This document shows positions 36,641 to 49,400 of a stretch of DNA of 64,000 nucleotides, one piece after another (the stretch's first letter is position 1; the number at the start of each line of letters is the position of its first letter). The position numbers were made by a program, and so were the translations under genes. Origin of the DNA: Lama glama (lineage: Eukaryota); assembly GCA_028534125.1 (NCBI GenBank), contig CM052816.1:18788001-18852000 (forward strand), written 5' to 3'. Under the pieces are notes generated by a model. The model had not been told where the DNA came from and made no database searches. It saw only the letters and a program-made list of their open reading frames with translations.

Positions 36641-39191
36641 ATAATGAACTTCCAGACAGCAAAAGTCAAAGCAGAGATGGGAGCTGATAGAATGCTCATT
36701 TAACTATTATTATTTGCAGCCATTTCATAGAGCCATTTCACATCCCGAAATACCTAAGCAGTGTCTATCAGGGATGCTGGTTTCATCTTCATATACCTCA
36801 CGGTGAAGGCTGTTCATTTTGTTTGACCCTCTGCAGCCATCCCTCTGTGGGGCCCGAGGCTAGGACTAGGCCTCTGAGAGCCTGTGTGGGAGGACACATC
36901 TGTGTAGCTAGTGGTTCAATAAAAAATAGTGAAGGCAGCACACCAGCCGCCCAGGGGACCAGTGCATTTCATCCAGGAGCCAAAAGTCTCCTTCAAAGTC
37001 TCTTCCTGTCTCCACGCAGGCCCACCGTGGTCCTGCCCCCTGTTGTGGCTGCCTGGCTTCCTGTGAGCTGCTCTGCCCGGGAACAGACACCCTGTAGAGC
37101 TGCCAAGGTGAGCGGGTGGCCTGGAGCTCGCCAGCCACACCCACCTCATGGCCTTTCAAGTGTGTCTCCTAAAGCATTTGGTGAGAAAATGCTCTTTCTC
37201 CAGAATGTTCCATCCCACAGACCCTGGAAGCCTGTGGGACAAAGGGTCCAGGAGGCTCACCTGGGGGTTGGGGAGGCCCATCTCCCCACATGCACTGCAC
37301 TCGCTGAGTTAGAGTAAGGCACGGAGGGTTGGGGTGGGGTGGGCGGGGAGACAGTGCCAGCCTCACTCAGGCTGTGAATGGAGTTGCACCCTGACAGCCC
37401 CTCTTCCTCTTCTCTCAGCCCTCTCCTATCTCACACAGCAGGTACTCAGAAGGATGTCCTATAGCCAAGATGCTGGCAATGTCTCACTGAGTCTCCATTC
37501 CACTCGATTGGCAGTGGCTGCTTGGAGAATGGTGTTAACGGGGCTTCAGACCACACCTTGGTTCAGGAGAATGTAGTGAAGTGATAGGTTATTGATGTCA
37601 GCCCTGAGCACAGGAGAAGGTTGTGGAGGTACATATGCCTTTTATTTGCCAATCCTATCACAGGCTGGCAAGTTTGGAGATGTCAGAAAGAGACCTAGCA
37701 TACAGCTACATGGCTCCCTTCTTAGTAGCTGAGCATTTTGAAGCTGCTGCGTCACCCGGCAGGAGTAGTCCCAACATCCCGATCAGCACATATCAATGTG
37801 GGGCTCCCAGAACAGTCCTCACAGAGGCCAAGTGCACAGCACAACCCAGGCCTGATCCATTTCTTTCCTTGACTTGACTTAAAATCCCCTGATTATATGG
37901 CAACTAAGACAGATTTCAAGCCCAGAATCCTCCTAGGGGCAGGCATTCTCCAAAATAGACTTCAGAAATCCCTGCTAATATACCAAGCTAAATGGTAAGA
38001 GTGTTAATAAAATATAAATGTTTTTAAGTTTAGTATTAAAAATCTATGAACATTTTCAGTGATTAAAATTCTACTCACAAATCAAAGGAGGGAAAAAAGT
38101 ACGCTGAATAAAGGAACCAAGGAAAACCCAGGCCAAAAACATACACTGCTAAGCTTTAAGATGACTTACTTGATTTGAGCTTTTAATTTGATCTTAGCTG
38201 GTGTTAAGGTTCATTTTCCAAAGAAGAAAATTTAAACATATTTAGAGGAACTTTCCTCTTTGGGCCTTCTGTTCCAATCCAAATCCTGAAGGCAGGCTAG
38301 ATCAGATCTAGCTCCATTTGAAAACAAACAGGCATCTCTGAGTTGAGTGGCAGGTTTAATTAGCATTCACATTTCATTTTAATTGCTAGCTTATTACAGG
38401 GACAGCATCTCCAAGAATGACTGCATTGCATGTAAATTTGGACCGAGATACTCTGCTATGTCACTTTTTCCAAAGAAATTAAACATGCAGACAGGGCTGG
38501 CACCTCTCCGCTTTCAGAGGTGGGGGTGGGGGCAGGGGTGGCAGGGATGGGCAGTGGCTCTTCCCGCAGAGCTTCTCCTCTGGGGCACTTTTTAATGCAA
38601 ATAATCCTCTGAAAGGACAAGGTGGGATAGACACTACAACACTAAAAAGCCTCCTTTACACATCCATTGGAGATTGTCTATTTCTCCACCTGCTTGACAA
38701 ACTATTCAAAATAGGTTTAATAAGAAAACCAATAAAACCATTCTCAGGGCAGGGTGTTTCACTCTCCAAGGATCACGAGCTCTCTTTGCTGGCTGCTCTG
38801 AAAGGGGACCCACTATCAGACAAAGAGCTAATATGAGCTACTGTCTGCCTCTTTCCAAAGATATGTTAGCTTGAATAACATGATGTGAGTAGATCTTGGG
38901 TAGGACTTTGGAGACATCTGAGCCCCTGGTTACTTTACCAAGAGGGCAGGTAACAAATAGGTCTCACAGCTGGGCAGCAACTTGTCCAGGCCCCTGCCCT
39001 CTGCTCAACACTCACCTGCCTACTCTCAGCTAACCCTCACACCACCCCAGGCCAGGGGAATTCGGTGATGCCCACTTGAGAGCTCTAGAGGTAGTAACAC
39101 AAAGTCTGTGTCCAATGTCTTTGGTTGCATCACTTTGCAAAATTGTTGGGCAGGAAATAAGGACTCTTCCAAAAAGATCAGGGTCATTTAC

Positions 39192-39323
39192 AGGGTGATC
39201 AACTTAGTCACCAAGTTTACCTGGGATTTTTCCAGTTAAAACTAAAGCACTAAAGCACTAACCAAAACCCTACCTCCAGAACACCTCTCAGCCCTGGGCA
39301 AACCAGGATGGTTAGTCAGCCTA
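39192..39323. mobile_element. MER81-like hAT MITE (with internal actaaagc duplication)
   Basis: TIRs cagggtgatcaac...gttagtcagccta; 'cctctcagccctgggcaaaccaggatggtt'. Confidence 0.75.
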
Positions 39324-40659
39324 TTCCTTAATGCCCAAAGCACACATATGGGATGCCTGGAACTGTGCCTTCCACCTCCAGCGAAGCTACTGGAGCACCA
39401 CTGGCTCGCTCCCACTCCCCTCTCCTGCTGCAGCAGGACAGAGCCCCAGACCTGGCAGGTCGACATCCCCGCCTTTTATCGCTCTGCCCGAGTGAGAGCC
39501 CTCCTCCTCACACACTGCTTAAAGAGCCACAGCCTCCGAGTAACAGGAATATCTGTGAGTAAAATTTATGATTTGTGTTTCCACTGGAGTCAACCTTTTA
39601 ACCCTGGGAGTGCTTAATTGCCTTTTCCAGGTTTTGCTTTAATAACCAGCCTAACTCTTGCCAATTCTGGCTGAATTGAGAAGCACTAAATGTGTGACTG
39701 GAAATGGAAAGCTCATTACTTGATACTTGATACAGCTTGTGCCAAGTCCTCAATTCATTAAATTCATTCATTGTGGCATCTTTTCCTAAATGATAGTAAG
39801 AAATTCCTTCATAAGCAAAACTTCCAAACTCAGGGAGTATCCTCAAAGCTGAATTTTTATAATAATGCCTTCCCATAAGACACACTTAGGGGGATCTCCT
39901 GATCATAAATTACAGGACGGCTTTGGAATTCTTGGTCTCTTGGTCTTTCCCAGAGGAGCTCGTCTTTCTGTTGGGGCCTCCCGGGCCTCCGACTCCACCT
40001 TCCAAAGTAAGCACAGAGTAAGGTGTGGACATCTGGTTCCTGTTTCTGGATTCAAAATTGATCTGCTGGGTGATTCTTGGCAAGTCACTTAACCTCTCTG
40101 AGCTTAAGTTTCCCTAATCCTGGCTCACCAGACACCTCTCATGGGGATGGGGCGAGTGGCCAGTTAATGAGCAGGTGTTTTAGGGAGGAGGGGATTAGGC
40201 CTATGGCACGGCAAAAGCAAATCCCAAGGAAAAGTGGACAGGTGGAGGGCAGGGGACAGAAGGGGTTGAGAATCATAGCAGAGCAGTAGCTAAATCCTGA
40301 AATACACAAGTGGCTTGAAGCAAGGAAGAAGTTATTTCTAGAATCACTCATATTTAATTCCAAGACAATCAAATCTCTGGGCAGAATTTCAGACCAAGTC
40401 TCACTGGTTTGTTAAGGTCCCTCTGGAGCACACTTGTCTGCACAGAGTTCCCCAGTTCACTTTGGTTCATGCTGGCTTTGTCCCTTCCTGGAGGTTGTGT
40501 GGGTTCTTGTTCCTCCCCGATGTTTTGAAGCATTCATATTCAGATGCTCCCATGGGCCACAAGCTTGACAAATCTTACCAATTCTCTCTTACATCACCTT
40601 TGAGATTTGGTGTTAGCATCTCCATTTGGCAGAGAAGGAAACTGAGGCACAAGGAGATT

Positions 40660-40765
40660 TTAGTAATCATCCTGGTTTGTCCAGGTCTTTACTGGTTTTA
40701 GCCCTGAATGTCCCTACTCCTGGGAAACCCCTCATTCCCAGGCAAACAAAGACAATTGGTCACAC
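40660..40765. mobile_element. MER81-like hAT MITE
   Basis: 'atcctggtttgtccagg...tggttttagccctgaatgtcc...cctgggaaacccctcattcccaggcaaac...ttggtcac'. Confidence 0.75.
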
Positions 40766-41649
40766 AGTTTGAATGCAAATTCCAGGCTGGCTCAAACCAA
40801 TGCCCCTCTCTCCTCTCCCTACTCCATCTTCAAGAGCCCCAAGTCCCCAACAGACACAGACTCCCCAAGGATAGTGTCCAGGACTTAAACTTTTGTTGTT
40901 TAAGAAAACCCAGAATAGAGTGGGACTGGGAAGGCTAATTTGAATAAAATCAGGCCTCCGCTTCCATGCAGGAACATCAGTTTTCCTTTACTGGCATAAC
41001 TGGGCTACTTTGACAAGCTATTTTAGGAGATGCCTTGCGCTCTTCGCATTACAAAGACCAGGCACCTTGGAGCTCAGCTCTCCTCTGTTCTCAGGTGCAA
41101 GTTGATGAGTCGCCACATGGTGTCTTAGGACCTTCAGGTTTTCAAGTAAGAGGTACCTACCATTCTTGGTCTGTGCAGATCCAAACGTGCTAAAGCATAC
41201 AACAGAACTTTGAAAAAACACTTCTGTTAGCAGAGGACTCTGTTATGTAAGGTTTAAATGCTTTTATTTAACTCTCAAGGCCCTTTCTTTTAGTCTAGAC
41301 ACTTGGTCAACAAGGCAGGTATGCTGTCACCAGGTGACAGTACTGACTCACTTGGGGCAATCCATATGAGCACAAACCTTGTTTGAGCAATTCTTTGATT
41401 CCCTTCCATAACCATGTACAGCAGAAGAGGGGTCTATCTAGGGATGCACATTAGTTACCCTAGGTTTCAGGGGTTGCGACTAAGAAGATGCCTGTAGATT
41501 TCCTCCTGAGATTTGAGTTGGGCAAGAGGGGACTGATGGCAGGTCTAGGAGGCACTGGGACACCCAACTTCTTGCTGCCAGAGGCCAGAGGACTAGCATT
41601 TGGCTCATCCCATTGACTTAATGCAGACCACTTATCAGAGCTAGCAAAG

Positions 41650-41860
41650 TGTAGTGGGCTAGGTGAAACAACTCTAAGTTGAACAAACTTACTAATTGTG
41701 TGACCTTGACCTTATGTATTAATCCCTCTGAGTCTCAGTTTCCTCATCTGTAAGGTACAGATAATAATAGATCTTATAAGACTGTTGTAAGGATGCACTG
41801 AGAAATGTGTGCAAAGTGTTGGAACACAGTAAGCATCTAAAGAATGATGGCTATTATTAT
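41650..41860 (+). mobile_element. MIR SINE
   Basis: 'tgtgtgaccttg...ctctgagtctcagtttcctcatctgtaa...gttgtaaggat...cacagtaagca'. Confidence 0.85.
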
Positions 41861-43367
41861 CAACTGATCATATGTATAGCCACGGTCACATCGGCTCCCA
41901 TTGACATTGACCCCCTGGTGAGGACTCAGCCAGGCTCAGGATGGGGCAGCTCGTGGTGAGAACCCATAGTTCAACCTACCCCTCACTTCCCTGCACCAGT
42001 GACAGACACAATTGCTTCTCAATAAACTTATGCTCACCCACCGACAGGGACAGACTGCTTTCCCAGTGAAAGTTATTGCATGGGATAAAGTGTTTGCTTT
42101 TCATGCAGGGTGCTGGCATTTTAACCTTTGTTTTTCCAGCTTGTTTACAATAAACCTGAATTTTAGAATCAATATTCCCTGGATAATAGTCTCCATGCTC
42201 TCTCACGGAATCAGTTCTTGAGCAATTTCTTTCCACTGTTATTATTTTGTAAGCTGCAATACACTGCTCCCTGGCAGGCTTCTTTGGTGTTGCTGAGTCT
42301 CTTCACAGACATTCCCACAGCCTGAAGTAAACACAACACCTTGGTTCCTAAGTCATAATCTTCTACAGGAACATCTCTATTATCTAGAGACCAGACCCCA
42401 GTAAGGTCAAACTTCCACTTATGTTCACAAAAGCTATCAAAAAGGCCTCCGAGAAGTCAGTGGTTATCAGGAAGCTCATGCACAGCAAGACACACACTCA
42501 GGACAAAGGGAGGCACAAGGCAGGCAGATAATGAAATGGGAGAGAAGTACTATTAGTAAAAGCAGAACAGTTCAAGGCAGCCCTGCATGCCACAGTAGCC
42601 CCTGAAAACTTTACTGAATCCAAGAACCCAGGAAAATAACGTCTGTTTATAATGATTACCCCGAGTCTTAATGAAATCGGTAAACTTGTGTTTAAGGTGC
42701 TCTGAGTTTACTATGAAGGGAAGGAAACATATCTTTATAAAAACAGTGACATAAAAAAGTAAGACTTATTCTAAACCGACTTGAAGGAAATTACAAAAGG
42801 ATTTTTAAAATATTTTGAAATAACAGAATTGGAAAAATCATGTGCATATTTAATTACCAAACTTCAGTTATATAGACACCTCACTTATCCAGAACAGCAT
42901 GTTCCTCAAGTTGGCAATAAATGAAGCACTTTCTGTGTATAATAGTGCAAATCTGAGTGCTACCATAAAATCTTTGGAGATTAATCTTCTTATAGATTAT
43001 GACTGGCTTTTATAGAAAAATGTACCAAGCAATTTTCGAAGCCTTTAGGTGGTAAAGTTCTCACCTTCTCACTCAATCTAGAGGTAAAATTTGAAGAGTA
43101 AATAAGGTTCTTTAATGTCAGTCATTCTTCCTAGTTCCCTGAGGGCTCTCTACTGACTGAGTAAGAACACTGAGACTCAGCTTCACATGCTTTGGATGTG
43201 GACAGCCTTGGTGCGCAAAGTCAATCAGTCACACTTTCTTAGTGGATTTTTTAAAAGGTATCATGGACTGGTTTTGCTGAGAAGAGGTTGTTCTCGTCAG
43301 GCTTCTACTGCTCAGTGAAAACCCTTCCTCTTCTTTTGAAAGTCACTGTAAGTTGATACCCCAGGCT

Positions 43368-43675
43368 GTTCATCTCTCTGTCCACCTATTCACCCATCCT
43401 TTCACCAACCCACTTTTCCCCATCCATCCATCCATCCATCCACCGACCCATCCAACCACTCGTCCACTCATCCATTTATCCATTCACCCACATATTCATC
43501 CATCCATCCACCTTCCCACCTGCTTACGCACCATCTATCCAACCACCTATCCACCCATACATCCACCTATCCATCTACACACCCATCCATCTACCTGTCC
43601 ATCCATCCATCCATCCATCCATCCATCCATCCACCCATTCTTCTATTCTACTGTCCATCTAACCAACCATCTGTC
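43368..43675 (+). repeat. Degenerate (CCAT)n/(CCAC)n tetranucleotide array at the tail of an L2
   Basis: About 300 bp of ccat/ccac/ctat units directly abutting a reverse L2 3' end. Confidence 0.95.
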
Positions 43676-44040
43676 TTCCAATAAAACTTTACTGACTGCC
43701 TGCTGGATATATGTCAGCCCAGGGGAAAGAGACAGTGGCCCTGCCCACACGGTGCTCTCAATCTAATGAGGGAGATAGGTGGACAGGAAATAAGCATGAG
43801 AAGAGCTATATCACAACAAGTCATGGTTGACCATGGAAGGGGCAACTAAGCCATCAGTGGAGCTGAAGAAGGCCTCTCTGAGAAGACTACTGTGAGGTTT
43901 ATAGGATAAGTGGGCATTAGCCCAAGCATAGCTCTCCAAGAGACAGAAAAAGGTTTAGCGTGGCTGGAGTGCAAGTAGCAATGCAGGGACTAAGGAGAGG
44001 GGAGGCTAGAGGTGTAAAGAGAGGCAGCTATGTACCATAT
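43676..44040 (-). mobile_element. LINE-2 3' region
   Basis: 'aataaaactttactgactgcctgc...gacagtggccctgccc...ctctcaatctaatgagggagata'. Confidence 0.7.
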
Positions 44041-44049
44041 TGAGTAGAG

Positions 44050-44200
44050 TAGACATTATCTCATTTAATCCTTTCAGCAAACTATAGATCTGTATTATTT
44101 TCCCCACTGTACAGATAAGGGATTGAACCTGAGAGAGGTAATAACAAAATGACATGATTGTTAAGTGACAATTTGAACCAAGGTCTGGCCAACTCCAATG
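44050..44200 (-). mobile_element. MIR SINE
   Basis: 'cattatctcatttaatcc...ccccactgtacagataagg...tgagagaggt...atttgaaccaaggtctg'. Confidence 0.8.
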
Positions 44201-44310
44201 CCCATGAAAATATGGAACACATCATGAAAGCTTCACCCAAGTTCATCTCACTCTGTCCTCATATGGACCAAGTCACAGAATGCATTACAGCAGTCACCTA
44301 AGAGACAGAG

Positions 44311-44455
44311 ACATATTTCACAGAACTAGAACAAATCATAATAAAATTTATATGGAACCATCAAAGACCTAGAATTGCCAAAGCATTACTGAAGAGAAAG
44401 AAAGAGGCTGGAGAAATAACTCTCCCAGACTTCAGACAATACTATAGAGCTACAG
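44311..44455 (+). mobile_element. Young LINE-1 ORF2 fragment running into the assembly gap
   Basis: Stop-free 48 codons [48 protein letters not shown] (L1 ORF2 post-RT region). Confidence 0.93.
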
Positions 44456-44955
44456 NNNNNNNNNNNNNNNNNNNNNNNNNNNNNNNNNNNNNNNNNNNNN
44501 NNNNNNNNNNNNNNNNNNNNNNNNNNNNNNNNNNNNNNNNNNNNNNNNNNNNNNNNNNNNNNNNNNNNNNNNNNNNNNNNNNNNNNNNNNNNNNNNNNNN
44601 NNNNNNNNNNNNNNNNNNNNNNNNNNNNNNNNNNNNNNNNNNNNNNNNNNNNNNNNNNNNNNNNNNNNNNNNNNNNNNNNNNNNNNNNNNNNNNNNNNNN
44701 NNNNNNNNNNNNNNNNNNNNNNNNNNNNNNNNNNNNNNNNNNNNNNNNNNNNNNNNNNNNNNNNNNNNNNNNNNNNNNNNNNNNNNNNNNNNNNNNNNNN
44801 NNNNNNNNNNNNNNNNNNNNNNNNNNNNNNNNNNNNNNNNNNNNNNNNNNNNNNNNNNNNNNNNNNNNNNNNNNNNNNNNNNNNNNNNNNNNNNNNNNNN
44901 NNNNNNNNNNNNNNNNNNNNNNNNNNNNNNNNNNNNNNNNNNNNNNNNNNNNNNN
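44456..44955. other. Assembly gap (500 N)
   Basis: Run of N. Confidence 1.
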
Positions 44956-45149
44956 CTCAGGCAAAAAATTCCAGAGGAACCACAGGACTTCCTGCATTGC
45001 CAAAGTCGGGCACTCACCATTGAAGGTAGAAGAGCTGGGACCAGCTTCATCCCCAGCATGCGGATTCCATGGCGGATAGAAACACATAGGTTGTACACTG
45101 AGATGCCACAGAAGCTACTAATTAAAAGCTCCCTAAATATAGGACACTT

Positions 45150-46470
45150 ACTGTGTCTAAGTTAAAGGATGAAGTTGTCAATTTATATTACAAAGGTCTA
45201 ATTTGCATAGTATATAATTTCCACAGATCAACTAGAAAACAACCAACAACTAAATCAATGAAGGCTATAATCAAAAAGTTTGCAGAAAAAGTGACACAAA
45301 TTGCTCTTAAATCAAACAAAAAGATATTTAATGTCACTCATAAAAGAAGAAATGCAAACTGAGACTACCATGAGGTACCATTTTTAACCTTTCAGATTGG
45401 GAAAAATAAAAAAAGTTTAATAACATCGTGTTGCTAAGAGGGGGGGAAACAGACAAGTTCATACGTGGCTGGTGGAAGTGTAAACTGATACAGCCTCTTC
45501 GGATGGCACTAGATAGTACCTCCCAGAATTAAAAGTGCACATATTCTTGGGTCTTGCAATTTGACAATGGGATATACTCGCACGTGAGTGAAGAGACAAA
45601 TCTATGCCACAAAACCAGATGTAACTGCGAAAGATTGCTAACAAAATAAATATCTATCGATGGAAATCTTAAGAAATTATGCTATACCCACACTACAGAA
45701 CAGTCTACAATCATTAAAAAGGGAATAAGGAAGCTATTTATGTACTGGTGTGAAACAATCTTCAAGATCTACAGTAAAGTGAAAAAAAGCAATGTGCAGA
45801 GTAGTGGACATTATATGCTGCAGAAGTGGACGGAGGGTTGGGCCCACCCAGATTCCCCAGCTGCTGCCAGTGTTAGAGGGACGCCAAGTCTGTCTCCAGA
45901 GGTTGCCCAGGACTGAAGAAGGCTGCTTCACCAAAGATCATGACCATGTCCAGTGACTGATCAAAGGCCTACTTCCCTTCCCCCAAACTGGGACAACTCT
46001 GAAGAGCCATCCCAACTCAGAACTCCCTGTAGGGGCTAGCTGAGGCCTCTGAATTGCAGTTAGAACTCCTCCCTCTGGTCAACCCTGCTTTCTTCTCTCC
46101 CTCCAGGTGCTGGTTCTGCACTCACTCCCCAGTAAAATTCCTGGCCTGCAAATCTCCATCTCAGAGCGTGTTTTCGTAGAACCAATCTACTACTGCTACC
46201 ACTTGTGGAGTAAAAAGTGAGGGTAGGGGGGTGTGTGTGTAACAAAAGGATTATCCATTTACATACTTGCTCAATTGTGCAAAAATACCTCTAGAAGGAC
46301 ATGCAAGAATCTAAAATAGTGGTTAATATTTTAGATTCTCTGAGGAGGAGAACTAGATAGTGGAGGACCAGGAGAAGAAGGAAGACTTTTCATGGTTTTT
46401 CCTTTCAGGGTTTTTGGAATTTGTATTATGAGCATGTGTTACCTATTAACAAATAAATAAATAAATAAAG
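45150..46470 (+). mobile_element. Old L1ME-type fragment interrupted by LTR16
   Basis: 'aaatgcaaactgagactaccatgaggtacca', 'gctggtggaagtgtaaactgatacagcc', ending in an (aaat)n tail at ~46451-46468. Confidence 0.75.
45819..46192 (+). mobile_element. LTR16-type (ERVL) solo LTR
   Basis: 'gggacaactctgaagagccatccca...ctccctgtagggg...gctgaggcctc...gcaaatctccatctcagagcgtgttt'. Confidence 0.8.
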
Positions 46471-49400
46471 TAACAATGCCTTTAAAAAGTGAAGGTATGT
46501 GGATGTTTAAGAAGACCTAACAGGTCTCTTCCAGCCTTTAGATAATTGCCAGCACTCAGCATGAAGTCTCGGCCAGGCTGACATCCTAGGTCACCTCATT
46601 GAAACCAGAGGTTTCCCTCTGGCCTGCTGACATTGCAGGGAGGATGTTACTTCTTTTCCATTTCTGAACGAATGCTTGGAGACATCCTGGACGCAAGCCG
46701 GGCTGTGCCTGAAAGATGATTCCTGCTGGGCATTCCTACTGTGTGCTCCATGGGGCTGACTCCAAAGCACCCGCCTCACCGAGGAAACTTGGGCCTTCAG
46801 GGCTTTCCGGAATTCTCATTACAGAGCACTGGAAAGTGCAGGGTAATAGCTGTCCTCTGATCAGGAGCTGTTTGATGACGACTGGGCTGACCTTCCTCTC
46901 AGGCCCATTTCTGGGAAGACATGGAACGCCTGACCGCACCCTGCATTGGCGCCGCTGACCACCCAGCCCTTCGACACATACGTGAGGGGTGTGCTTTTCC
47001 AGATGCTCCTTCCAAATGGAACTTCTGCCTCCACAACTAGCCAAGCCCTTGCTTTCAGAAATTTCTTCCTCATCCCATTTATGAATACAGAACTGAAACA
47101 TTTCAAGCAAGATCAGAGGTGAAGTTCTCAGGAACTGCTAAGTCAGCAAGAAAGCCAGTTGGCAGAAGTGGGGATTGGGAGTGGAGGCACTTCCCAGCTC
47201 TTGCAGATCCTGAGGGACCAGTAAACATACGATGCCAACAATGTGGGTCCTAACCACACCATAAATGCCTTTATGAGGCTTGATTCTCCTCCCTACCAGA
47301 TCTCTCCTCATTCCCAGATGTTTCTGCACCCCTGCCCTTCCCCGACCCATTCCTTGGCCAGTACTGATTAAACACACAGTATTTTCTCCATTTTCATTCT
47401 GTTGGCAGCAATGTACATCACCAGGAGGCATGGTCTGGGCTGTGGGGGGTTGAGATTGATGCTGAAGTGGATACAGTGCTATCAGTGGCAAGTCATTCTG
47501 GCCAACCCTTCAGAGGCTTCCCCAGCAGGACTTCAGAACTTAGAAACAGTCACAGCCCTCCAGTGACAGGAATTCCTTCTACCCTCTCCCACTTAGCTGT
47601 CAAAAGACTTTTAAGGAGAAGAGTTAGTAAATGATGATTAGTAATAACCAGTCCAGATATGTTGTACCTCCCTAATAAAATCATGGTAGCATAACATTTT
47701 AAAAACTATAAAAGACTACACCTGTGTAAGGCATTGTTTAGACCCCCTGGATTGGGTAATTATCTGCTGCTCATTTTTAGACACATTTACCTGGCCATTT
47801 GGGGGAACTCTGGTTATATTTGCAGTTGGTTCCACCTCTTGTCTCTCAAGGATTGATAGCTGGAAACCCATTTCAGTAGCCTTTCCTCCTCTCCTTTGTG
47901 TTACCCTATAGGAATGTGGTTGATGTACAGCCCACAATAATGCCCTGCACACAAACAAAACATTGATCTGCTGATTCTCTCCAGTCCTCAAAGTAAAGGC
48001 ACATATGTATACATGTATGTCTATATAGATATATGTATATATATAAAGTGTGTAAGTTGCATACTTTAAATATGTGCCATTTATTTTGTATCAATTCTAC
48101 TTCAATAAAGCTTTAAATAATAAGAAATAACTTTTGCCAGAATTATGAAAAAGGAAAGGGTGAGGTCAGATGTCCATTCCCAGAACACCTGGCCAGGCTC
48201 TGCCTGCCCAGCCTCACTGTCCTGTGTGCCTCCACTCCCACTGGGCTGTGGCCGGTCTTAACCGGTTAGCAGCTGGGGCCGTGGCCTTGACACCTGAGAA
48301 CCTGACACCTAAGCTGAGACCATGGGTTTGAGCAGCAGTCACAGTCCCACACTTTGGTGGGGAGACTCTCTTCCTGCCATTTAACCTGCTTGGTGACGGA
48401 CTAATGGTAAGAAATAAATACAAGGGAAGGCCCATGGGGTGTCTCAGGCGCCGATGACAGCTGCACAAAAACCCGCTGTGGTTATGAGAAGTTCAACGTG
48501 GCCAGCTCCTTGCTCGCTCGTTTCAGGCCCAAAGCCCACATTACCTCCTTTTATAAGCTTTCATATCCCTCGGAAATGCTCTCCCTTTACATTCTCCATC
48601 TCTTCCCTGGAACATCTCCAGAGGGGTCTGTGATTGGGTTGCATACAAGTTTCCGAGCTTGCAACTTCCTTTCGGTCATAAATCACTTCTTACACACTCA
48701 CTTTTTCCTTCTCATTGTTCTTCGGTATTAATAGCTCCAAATCCCGGGAGCATTTGAGAACTGTTCCAATTTTGGTTTGAAAGTCAATTTGGAAGCTAGT
48801 GGTTGGCTTTGCTCAGGCTTCCAATCCTTCTGAGAAAGTCCGTTCCTACAAATTAGCCAAACCAGGGATGGGGGAGCCTGGCTTGGTGAACTTCACCATT
48901 TTTAAAAGCCTCACTGTTTTCTCTGGAAATGTTAGATACCTTGGCCTCAGTGTTATTCATTCAACTCTGTCTCTAAAGTTAAAGTGTTAATTCTGGGGAG
49001 AAAAAAAAAACCTAATGCCTCTGTGTGTGATCTGATAGATAATTTACAAAATACATTGTTCATTTCAGGATAGATCAACTTCTATTATGAATGTAGAAGA
49101 AGAAATAAGAAATCCAGTTGTGTTTGTTAAAAGACTCTGAAACTATTCTCAGCTTCTGGAGAAACATCCTCCTAAAAAAGTTCTGCTTCCTCCATAGGCT
49201 GCTGACCTTCTGCAGAAAAAGTGAGAAAGTGTCAGATCTCATCAAATGCTGAAGGGTTGGGCTCCCCACCAGATGGGAACAGGGAGCCTCTGCCAACTAA
49301 GGGGTCTGCCCCCCACATCAGACAGCTGGAATATGCATTCAGGGATAAAGGACACAGAACACTGGTTGAGTTTCCTTAGGAAGACAAAAGAGGAGCCCTT

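Noticed and set aside
43353..43766. 137-aa HPSI-repeat ORF
   Set aside because: Translation of the (CCAT)n array at an L2 tail.
44386..45098. Two >200-aa ORFs
   Set aside because: Artefacts of reading through the N gap.
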